A stretch of 42,801 nt of DNA from an archaeon (lineage in GTDB: Archaea; Aenigmatarchaeota; Aenigmatarchaeia; GW2011-AR5). The stretch lies in assembly GCA_035289125.1 (NCBI GenBank), contig DATDXW010000039.1, positions 1 through 42,801 on the forward strand. Reading direction: 5' to 3'. Under the pieces are notes generated by a model. The model ran no database searches. It was given only the letters and a program-made list of their open reading frames with translations, and had not been told where the DNA came from. Below are positions 8,910 to 16,219 of this stretch, piece by piece (positions within the stretch are counted from its first letter, which is position 1; each line of letters begins with the position of its first letter). A program made the position numbers and the translations under genes.

Positions 8910-9280
8910 GGAGGCGCGCCCTCGGTAGACAGCCCGCGAACAGCAGGTTTGTCCTCCGCGATTGCTCGGTCCGGCGAACCCGCGAGCACCCCGTGTACGG
9001 GTTACGGTTGCTGCCTTCCAGCCCTGGCCGGTTTGCCGCGCAGGAATCCCGCAGGACCGGGCGTCTTCGCTCCTGCGAAGGGCCCACTATCCGCGTGCCG
9101 CCGTCCTCAGGCTTCGGCCCCGGCTGAAGCGGTTTGCCGTTTATGAACCGTGCATGGCATTACATGGCGGAATCTACGATTCCGCCCGTACAGGTGGAGC
9201 TTTGCTCCACCATGTATATGGCACTGCTTCCTGTGCATCGGTTTGTCATAGGTGCCCGCTAAACACCCGGCCTAGCCTCC
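8910..9280 (-). ncRNA. ffs: Signal recognition particle RNA (7S/SRP RNA)
   Basis: GC-rich, highly self-complementary stretch. The minus strand starts GGAGGCTAGGCCGGG and ends GCGCCTCC, so the termini pair. An internal CCAGGGCTGGAAGGCAGCAACCGTAACCC matches the conserved helix-8 pattern (GGAA tetraloop plus AGCA). Ends are approximate. Confidence 0.8.
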
Positions 9281-9329
9281 AAGAATTATTCGGAAGGAAT
9301 GTACTTAAACGGGAAAAATCGGTTCTGTC

Positions 9330-9371
9330 GGGCTTATAACAGATGCCAAGGATTAACTGATTTATAAGCCC
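9330..9371. promoter_or_regulatory. 10-bp inverted repeat GGGCTTATAA/TTATAAGCCC upstream of the putative restriction gene
   Basis: Perfect arms at 9330-9339 and 9362-9371 with a 22-nt spacer. Each arm contains a TATA-like TTATAA. It lies 19 nt before the ATG at 9390. Confidence 0.3.
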
Positions 9372-9389
9372 TGTTGCCCATGAATTTTC

Positions 9390-9872
9390 ATGGCGATAAA
9401 GACAGGAGTTTTCAAATGGAATATTACGGAAATATCAAAAGCCCTCAAAATAAAGGAAGCGGACGTAAGACTCTATTTCACGGACGGGCGCAGAGTTTCT
9501 TTCATACTTGAAAGAAGAATCGCCTATGAAATACTAAAAGGTTCGCTTGCCCCAAGCGAAGGGGCGGGTTATGATGTTCTTGATACCGATGGCGGGAAGT
9601 GGGAAGTAAGAAGCATAAGCAAGGATGGCATATATTTCTGTCCGAGTTATATGGTAGGGTCTGGTCGCAAGTTTGAATTACAAGGTTTCCTAAAGAAACT
9701 GAAAGAAGTGAGAGGTTATATAATTTCAGATATAGAGTCTTTCCCAGAAGTGCCGTTTTGGATAATACCCGTAGAACAGGTTAAACGGTGGTGGGAACAC
9801 GGAAAGTTAGGAAAGAATACGAAAATTACCCGTGCTACTGCTTTAAGTCTTATTGCTAATTTGTCTGGATAG
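9390..9872 (+). CDS. Putative type II restriction endonuclease (PD-(D/E)xK-like)
   Basis: 160 aa, convergent with the methyltransferase and overlapping it by 30 nt. Candidate catalytic stretch is GYDVLDTDGGKWEVRSISK. AT-rich like its partner. No family recognised by eye. Confidence 0.45.
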   Translation: MAIKTGVFKWNITEISKALKIKEADVRLYFTDGRRVSFILERRIAYEILKGSLAPSEGAGYDVLDTDGGKWEVRSISKDGIYFCPSYMVGSGRKFELQGFLKKLKEVRGYIISDIESFPEVPFWIIPVEQVKRWWEHGKLGKNTKITRATALSLIANLSG

Positions 9873-10655
9873 AAAAGCTTGCGATAACTTATCCCGTGAA
9901 ATCTTCGCATAGTGCGGGTCTATCTCAAAGCCTATGAATTTGCATCCTAATTTCTTCGCCACTACACAAGTCGTTCCAGAGCCGAGAAATGGGTCCAAAA
10001 CTACTGTGTTCTGATTATGACCGTGAAGCTTGATGCACATTTCAGGCAGTTGTTCGGGAAAAGAAGCGGGATGCTCTTTTTCAGACTGCACCGTTTTGTA
10101 GGGAATGAACCATATATTGCCTCTGTCTCTTTTATCTCCGTTGGATTTCCCGTGATTCCATCTATCTATATTTGACTTGTCTGCATAAGGAACGCCCGTA
10201 GCTAATTTATCTATATTTACATTCTTATTTTTTGTAAAATGAAAAATATACTCATGGCAGTTGTTTAGAAGCTTCCGGCTATTTACAGGCTTGAAATGCC
10301 CTATATTGATTTTGTGTTCTGGCACGGCAATGGATTTAACCCAATGGATAGTATTCTGTAATCTCAGGCGTTCACTTATCTGTCTCGCCGTTTCAAACGC
10401 CTTAAACTCGTCCGTTGCTTTGTCACCTATGTTGAAGAATAAAGAACCATTTTCCTTCAATACGCGTTTACAGGCTTTCCCGAATTCAAGCATCCACTTC
10501 AGATATTCGTCATATTTCAGCTTGTCCTTGTAAGTTTTGTATTGAACACCGATATTGTAAGGCGGAGATGTAACGATTATATCTATACTGTTTGCCTCTA
10601 AAACGCCGTTCATTCCTTTTATGCAATCCATTTCATAGATTTGATTTACTTCCAC
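9843..10655 (-). CDS. DNA methyltransferase, beta class (N4-cytosine or N6-adenine; N4/N6 MTase family)
   Basis: 270 aa. Motif IV IIVTSPPYN is near the N-terminus and motif I VLDPFLGSGTT near the C-terminus. GTG start preceded by ggggtg. Confidence 0.9.
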   Translation of the reverse strand: MEVNQIYEMDCIKGMNGVLEANSIDIIVTSPPYNIGVQYKTYKDKLKYDEYLKWMLEFGKACKRVLKENGSLFFNIGDKATDEFKAFETARQISERLRLQNTIHWVKSIAVPEHKINIGHFKPVNSRKLLNNCHEYIFHFTKNKNVNIDKLATGVPYADKSNIDRWNHGKSNGDKRDRGNIWFIPYKTVQSEKEHPASFPEQLPEMCIKLHGHNQNTVVLDPFLGSGTTCVVAKKLGCKFIGFEIDPHYAKISRDKLSQAFLSRQISNKT

Positions 10656-10817
10656 TTTCTACACCCCATATGAAGCTGCCTTATCGGCGCTAATCACTTA
10701 TTCTTGTCAAGCTTTAAGTCTATTTTCGCCTCATCTTTTATCATTATCATTTGTGTTAGCAATTATGTTAGTTATGTTAGAGAAAGTATTTAAATATCTG
10801 ATAGTCAATATGTTAAC

Positions 10818-10955
10818 ATGGCTACTCTGGACAAGCCTGCTGGCATAACTGTGACACTTGTTAACAGGAAGAAGAACAAAAGCAAGAGTTTTGTAGTCTA
10901 TGATATATCGTTAGAAGATGCGGAACGCGTAATTAAAGAGGCATTCAAGAAATAA
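10818..10955 (+). CDS. Possible 45-aa small protein next to the R-M module
   Basis: Hand translation MATLDKPAGITVTLVNRKKNKSKSFVVYDISLEDAERVIKEAFKK. tatttaaata lies about 30 nt upstream, and three TGTTAG direct repeats lie upstream. Below the ORF-track size cutoff. Confidence 0.25.
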   Translation: MATLDKPAGITVTLVNRKKNKSKSFVVYDISLEDAERVIKEAFKK

Positions 10956-10964
10956 TTCAGAAAA

Positions 10965-11414
10965 CTACGCGCACACCGGAGTCTCGCCCGCAGAACCGTA
11001 CTCGCCGGAAACGCCGCATCTTGTTGAAATAAAGGCGCGGCTGAAGTTCGCGCAGGCCGTTATCACGTTCGTCATGTTGAGGCTTACGCTTGCCTGCGAC
11101 CCGCGTGTTAAAGTCACGGGTAGCTGCGTCAGGTTCGTGGTTATCTGCCCGCGCGTATTCGTTATCGACGCGCCATTTATGGAATCGTCATCAAAGCCCG
11201 AGTTCCTTACGATTATCCGCCCAACCGAGTTTGCCATGTCCAGGTATACCTTTTCTATTACAACGGCTGCCGTATTGCATTCCATAGTCTTGTTCCTTAT
11301 ATCGTTGCCCGTGGACGCCTGGATATTGACCATCCAGTTCAGCGTCAGCGTTGCAACGACTAGCACTATGCCCACAAGAATCACTGCCGCCACGAGCGTA
11401 GATATTCCTTTCAT
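10965..11414 (-). CDS. Short type IV pilin-like protein (class III signal peptide)
   Basis: MKG/ISTLVAAVILVGIVLVVA N-terminus. Shared paralog motifs ECNTAAVVIEKVYLD...IIVRNSG and C-terminal CANFS...C. Confidence 0.8.
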   Translation of the reverse strand: MKGISTLVAAVILVGIVLVVATLTLNWMVNIQASTGNDIRNKTMECNTAAVVIEKVYLDMANSVGRIIVRNSGFDDDSINGASITNTRGQITTNLTQLPVTLTRGSQASVSLNMTNVITACANFSRAFISTRCGVSGEYGSAGETPVCA

Positions 11415-11851
11415 CAGCAGCCCTCCGCCCTTGTAGTCTCGTCTGACAGGCAGCTCGTGGTTATCACGGATTTGCTGTAATTCGCGCAGGCCGGCAACGC
11501 GCTGCTGAGGTTAAATGTTATGAGCGCCCGCTGGCCCCGCGACATGTCCATCGGCAACTGCGACGCATTGGCAAGCGCCATGCCGACTCCTCTCTTGTTC
11601 AGTATACTCGCGCTCACCACCTGAGCGTCGCCTTTTGCCAGAACGTACATCCTGCTCACGTTATTCTGGAAATCCAGATAAACGTTTTCTATGGTAACGA
11701 CGTTGCATTCCGTGACGAACGAGGACTTGTTTGAGAGTGCCTGCGTATCTTTCCGCACAAGCGTAAGAGCCCACGGACTCAAAATAGTGGCAAGCGTGAA
11801 AGCTATTGCCAGCAGCAGAACGGAAGCTATCAGCGGCGATATTCCTTTCAT
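11414..11851 (-). CDS. Short type IV pilin-like protein (class III signal peptide)
   Basis: MKG/ISPLIASVLLLAIAF (start taken at the second ATG). ECNVVTIENVYLD and CANYS...C motifs. Its stop overlaps the start of the downstream pilin gene. Confidence 0.8.
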   Translation of the reverse strand: MKGISPLIASVLLLAIAFTLATILSPWALTLVRKDTQALSNKSSFVTECNVVTIENVYLDFQNNVSRMYVLAKGDAQVVSASILNKRGVGMALANASQLPMDMSRGQRALITFNLSSALPACANYSKSVITTSCLSDETTRAEGC

Positions 11852-11897
11852 AATCAATATTTTGTGCCGATTCTATATAAATAAGTCTTTGCCGTGT

Positions 11898-14843
11898 TCA
11901 GCCTATAGCTCTGTTGATTATTTTCACTTCGTCTATCACGCCATTGAAGAATGATGTTGGATTGTCTCGGCGGGTGGCGCCTATAGTAAATCCCGTATCT
12001 GCGTTGCATACATTGCCCGTAGTAGGCACGGGCGCGCTCGCATCAAGAATTCCATCAACATAAAGCATGATTTGCATGCCATTGTAAACCATAGCGCCAT
12101 GATGCCATGCGTTATCATTGATAATCGTATTTCCGGTGATGTCAAATCTGTTTGTTGGATTAACACAACCGCCCGTATAGCCCGCGCCGTGCAAAGTTCT
12201 TTCTGTCGGATATTTGATAATCACGATGCCCGAGCCGCCCGAGCCGCCATTATTAGTTCCCGCCGCGCCTCCGCCTCCTCCTGTATTCGCAGTGCCTGAT
12301 GCGCCATTGCCTCCAGAAGCGCCCGCTCCTCCTCCGCAGGTGGCGGAACCTCCTGAGGTAGCTCCGCCTCCTCCTCCTCCGCCCGCATAACAGACGGAAG
12401 AACCGGAGATGCTGTTGCTTGTTCCGTTTCCTCCCGCTCCTCCAGCATTTCCATTTCCATTTGCTCCTGCCGAGGAAGCTCCACCGCCACCGCCTCCACC
12501 GAATGCCTTTGTAACGCCATTGCCGCCATTATTTCCTTGCGATGGAGAAGTGCTTGGCGTGTTGCCCGCGCCTCCCAAGCCCGGAGTATGAGCCTCTCCG
12601 CCGCCGCCGGAACCACCTGCTGCTCCATTAACATTTCCTCCCATACTGCCTGCTGTTCCTCCTCCACGGCCTCCGCCTGTTGCGGTTATCGTGCTGAATA
12701 TAGAAGCTGTGCCATTTTCATTATTTACGCTATTGGGAACGGCTCCCACGCCTCCAGCTCCAACCGTTACGGTGTATGCTTGAGCGGTAATGCCGAAAGA
12801 CGGATTATACCTATATCCTCCCGCTCCGCCGCCGCCAGAGCGTCCGCTACTATATGAGCCGCCGCCGCCGCCGCCAACAACGAGGACTTCGGCATTAAGA
12901 TTTCTATTTGCCGTGAATGTTCCGCTACTTGTAAATGTGTGAATGGTATAACCTCCACTGTATGTTATTGTTCCGCCTGTTACATTATCACTGCCCGTGA
13001 ACATGGTAAATGCTCCGGGACTAAACCCTGACGCAAATTTATCAAATATTGTCCCGCTCGTGCTATTTGAATTGGACGTTTTAAACCATCCACTAACTGT
13101 AAATGATGTAGTGTTTTGCCACGCATAATCGGAATTCACGACATAATCATTAATGCCGTCAAAAGTGAGTGCTTTCTCATATCGGCCAGTGTAATCATAT
13201 ATGTGCGAGTCATACGCCGTCGTGCCTGTGCCTTCTTCAAATCTCCATGCTCCTACAATACCGTGTCTTACCATTACGTTATTCATGCTCTGATTTATTT
13301 CTGCCGCATTCAATGCGCGATTCCAGATTTGGACTTCATCAATGGAACCAGTAAAATAAGTTTCCATGCCTGCATTGGAATTGTAACCTATAGTCAAAGG
13401 ATAAATATAGTTAGTCATCGTGATAGCGCCACTTACTGGCAAACTCGTTACCGCCACATTTCGCAATTTCAAATAGTTACCGCTTCCTCCTGTCCCAGAA
13501 CCGTCATCCAATTTGAATCTAACATACAGAGGCGTAGTAATTGAGGAACCTGTATAAGAGAGGTCTTGCCAGTTGCCGTTGGTGGAACCTGTTGTTTGAC
13601 TTTGTGTAGTCCATGACGTTCCATCGGTACTGGTTTGTAAGTGAACTGTTGTGCCCCAGTTAGAGCCGCCTACTCCTTGTGCTGAAACAGTGCCTGACCA
13701 CCTTTTGGGAAGTATGGTAGCATTTTTCCCAAGTTGAAGAAGGTGACTTATGCCCCATCCACTTCCTCCTTTCCCTCGCACCTCTGTGCCCTGGTAGAGA
13801 ATGGCCGCTCCTCCTTCCGTTGCCGCAGTAATATCAAAATATTTTAGAGCATCTGCTAATGAATTAAGTTCAATAACAGAATTAATGGCTTCAAACTGCG
13901 TGGACCTATTTTCAGTACCTTTTAGTACTCCATTAATATATATTGATGCAGTAAAATCATCATATGTTCCTACTAAATGATACCAGCCCGTAGATGTAAT
14001 ACTATTATCTCCGCCTGTTACCTCTATCACAGAAGAATTACCAATGACTGCAAATCTAATCTGGTTTACTCTTGATAGAGATGCCCTATCATCCCAAAAA
14101 ACTGCATATCCGTCTGCACCACGAATATTTGTTCTTGACAATATATATGCAACATGATTATCTAACGAAGCAGAACTCGTATCAATATAAACCCATGCAG
14201 ATACTGTTACGGTATTAGTTGGATTTAAACTTGACGAATTTAAAATATTGACATAATCATTAATCCCGTCAAATTTCATCGCGTTCCCGTACTTCCCATC
14301 TACCTGTGCAGGGCAATCAGGACACGCGGGGCGCAATGTCCCGTCATTCCAGCTCTCGCCGGAAAACGTGCCGTCGCTACCACCGACGGAATCTTTAACG
14401 ACTGTGCTCAATGTTGCGTCATCAAACTGCCAATAATTGGAAAGAACAACCGGATTGTCCGCGTCTATTTCATTTCCTGCGGCGACTATTTTTATTTTTC
14501 CAACTGGCAGACTCGCCAGCTCTATCTGATTGAAAACCAGCGTGCCGACCCTGCCCGGCGCTATCGGGGATGCGAGCGTCGCTGTAACGGGCGTTCCGTT
14601 CATCAGCGTGGTTACCTGCGTGACAGGCGACGAGCCTACGTTCTTTATCGTAATCGTCCCGCTGCCGGATGCCACGGGTCCTATTAACTGCCCCTGCGTG
14701 AAAATTTGCGACTGTGTTGCCTGCTCGGCTTGTGTGCCGCTTTGCACGACAACCGTCTGGAAAAACGCAGCGGTGAAGCCGATTATTGATATCGTGATGA
14801 GAAGTAATAATATTATCGCGATGACGGACGTTATTCCTTTCAT
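11898..14843 (-). CDS. Giant pilin-like surface protein: class III signal peptide, several LamG domains, and a glycine-rich domain nested in the last LamG domain
   Basis: 981 aa. N-terminus MKG/ITSVIAIILLLLITISIIGF. Three LamG signatures: KFDGINDYVNIL, GSIDEVQIWNRAL and LTFDGINDYVV...NGVIDEVKIINRAIG. Gly-rich block YTIHTFTSSGTFTA...VVGGGGGG...GGSGIVIIKYP. Confidence 0.85.
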   Translation of the reverse strand: MKGITSVIAIILLLLITISIIGFTAAFFQTVVVQSGTQAEQATQSQIFTQGQLIGPVASGSGTITIKNVGSSPVTQVTTLMNGTPVTATLASPIAPGRVGTLVFNQIELASLPVGKIKIVAAGNEIDADNPVVLSNYWQFDDATLSTVVKDSVGGSDGTFSGESWNDGTLRPACPDCPAQVDGKYGNAMKFDGINDYVNILNSSSLNPTNTVTVSAWVYIDTSSASLDNHVAYILSRTNIRGADGYAVFWDDRASLSRVNQIRFAVIGNSSVIEVTGGDNSITSTGWYHLVGTYDDFTASIYINGVLKGTENRSTQFEAINSVIELNSLADALKYFDITAATEGGAAILYQGTEVRGKGGSGWGISHLLQLGKNATILPKRWSGTVSAQGVGGSNWGTTVHLQTSTDGTSWTTQSQTTGSTNGNWQDLSYTGSSITTPLYVRFKLDDGSGTGGSGNYLKLRNVAVTSLPVSGAITMTNYIYPLTIGYNSNAGMETYFTGSIDEVQIWNRALNAAEINQSMNNVMVRHGIVGAWRFEEGTGTTAYDSHIYDYTGRYEKALTFDGINDYVVNSDYAWQNTTSFTVSGWFKTSNSNSTSGTIFDKFASGFSPGAFTMFTGSDNVTGGTITYSGGYTIHTFTSSGTFTANRNLNAEVLVVGGGGGGSYSSGRSGGGGAGGYRYNPSFGITAQAYTVTVGAGGVGAVPNSVNNENGTASIFSTITATGGGRGGGTAGSMGGNVNGAAGGSGGGGEAHTPGLGGAGNTPSTSPSQGNNGGNGVTKAFGGGGGGGASSAGANGNGNAGGAGGNGTSNSISGSSVCYAGGGGGGGATSGGSATCGGGAGASGGNGASGTANTGGGGGAAGTNNGGSGGSGIVIIKYPTERTLHGAGYTGGCVNPTNRFDITGNTIINDNAWHHGAMVYNGMQIMLYVDGILDASAPVPTTGNVCNADTGFTIGATRRDNPTSFFNGVIDEVKIINRAIG

Positions 14844-14992
14844 GATATATATTGCACGTCCGTAGTATTAAAATTAAACGTACCGTCAGGGCTTTGTTTA
14901 AATAATCTGTCGCAATACGATGGGTTGCGATGTTTGCTTTCTGAAACACAACGAGCTGTGGTATGAAACCATTTATTAAACAAAGCCTACCG

Positions 14993-15466
14993 TCAGCATC
15001 CCTTTGGCACGCCATCAAATCTCACGGAATCGCACGCGCTCCCCACTATTGCGAAAGAGAAATTGGCGCATGCCGGTATCAACGAAGACGTATCAAAGTT
15101 GAAATAGGCGTAGCCTCCTCTCGTCACGTTCACTGGAAACTCCGTGAGGTTCGTCGCCGGCGTTCCCGTGTTGGAATAAACCACAGCCGAGCGCACCTGT
15201 TCGTTCGTATAGCCGGAGTTTCTTACTATCATCCTTGCGCGGCTGTTCGCATTGTCCAAGTATACGTCTTCTATGCTCAGCGACGCCGCGTTGCATCGAA
15301 CGGTCTCATCCGTCTTGTTTTCCACAGTCTTCGTCGTTGAGCCGATAAGCGTGTTGAACCATCCGGCAAATATCGGCACGACCGTGACAGCTATGGCTAC
15401 CATAAGCACCGCCGCGAGAATCGGCGAGATTCCTTTCTTATGCGATGAACCTGACATTCTTTGCAC
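14993..15466 (-). CDS. Short type IV pilin-like protein (class III signal peptide)
   Basis: KKG/ISPILAAVLMVAIAVTVV. RCNAASLSIEDVYLD...MIVRNSG and CANFS...C motifs shared with 10965 and 11414. Confidence 0.8.
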   Translation of the reverse strand: MQRMSGSSHKKGISPILAAVLMVAIAVTVVPIFAGWFNTLIGSTTKTVENKTDETVRCNAASLSIEDVYLDNANSRARMIVRNSGYTNEQVRSAVVYSNTGTPATNLTEFPVNVTRGGYAYFNFDTSSLIPACANFSFAIVGSACDSVRFDGVPKGC

Positions 15467-15519
15467 CCCTAATCTTTTGAAACATTTTGTCGTCGGCGGT
15501 TATAAGTATGACAGATACA

Positions 15520-15750
15520 TCAAGAACGAGACGCATAGCGTTTGCCCCTCCACTCCCTAACTATGTCCGTCATATTGGGACTTTTTTTAGAGGACACTTC
15601 CTTTCGTATGATGTCCATGGCATTGGAAGCCCTCTGTATTTTCGCATTATCGCTATATTTTGACACCGTCATATACTCAAATCTCCCTCCCTTGTGTCTC
15701 TTCCGCATCCTGTCCTGAAACGCCATGACTTTCGCCATTTCTATTATCAT
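15520..15750 (-). CDS. Hypothetical 76-aa protein
   Basis: ORF with tttaaataaaaa about 20 nt upstream of the ATG on the minus strand. No family recognised. Confidence 0.4.
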   Translation of the reverse strand: MIIEMAKVMAFQDRMRKRHKGGRFEYMTVSKYSDNAKIQRASNAMDIIRKEVSSKKSPNMTDIVREWRGKRYASRS

Positions 15751-15840
15751 GAGAATATGTGACGCGCTTTTTATTTAAACTTTCTTGCCGCGAACACTTG
15801 TCACGGTAAAGACTAAGACGCGCCAGTCAAACTGCTGAAA

Positions 15841-15968
15841 GAAAAGGACTCATCAGGCATGGTTGTATTTTAGCGGTGCGGTTCGTCTTCGGCTTTATTA
15901 CAAGGAATTCGTAGAATTCCTTGTATGCCCAAAGACTTTCCACGGAAAGTCTTTGTTGTACTTGTTGC
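15841..15968 (+). repeat. Core of a MITE-like intergenic repeat (copy 1) with two long palindromes
   Basis: Aligns with 34558-34684. Palindromes are caaggaattcgtagaattccttg (15901-15923) and caaagactttccacggaaagtctttg (15930-15955). Weaker similarity extends to about 15820-16065. Confidence 0.85.
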
Positions 15969-16071
15969 CGTCCTGTCAAAGAGTGAACCACTAATCCGCA
16001 CCCATCTCAGCTGCCCGCCAAAGATGTGCAGCTTTCGTTATGCAGGAATGTATTTGAAAGAACAAGCGGGA

Positions 16072-16209
16072 TTATAAATTATTTCTTTTTCCGAGCTCCA
16101 CAGCAATGTCATATAAAACGTTTATATGTGTGGTTTCTTCCTTATCACTGTCCGTTATACCTCTTTCCAATTTCCTCTGTACTACATGGTTACTATATCT
16201 TAATTTCAT
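16072..16209 (-). CDS. 45-aa ORF resembling the N-terminus of DUF4258-type small toxins (possible truncated remnant)
   Basis: MKLRYSNHVVQRKLERGITDSD resembles the common MKIRYSxHAxxRMxERGI start of DUF4258 proteins, and the ORF then ends early. gaggg precedes the ATG. Confidence 0.2.
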   Translation of the reverse strand: MKLRYSNHVVQRKLERGITDSDKEETTHINVLYDIAVELGKRNNL

Positions 16210-16219
16210 TCCATAGCCC

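Noticed and set aside
8571-9339. ORFs 8571-9146 (+), 8962-9339 (+) and the N-terminal 64 codons of 8314-9087 (-)
   Set aside because: They overlap the SRP RNA gene and the antisense strand of the M50 gene. The translations are Arg/Pro/Ala-rich, which is typical of GC-rich non-coding sequence.
12221-12857. Several long ORFs on both strands (12221-12667 minus, 12409-12591 plus, 12537-12857 plus) inside the giant pilin gene
   Set aside because: They lie in the GGN-rich glycine block, where all frames stay open. Their translations are low-complexity (poly-E/A/P/R). The frame with LamG and Gly-rich domain signatures explains the region.
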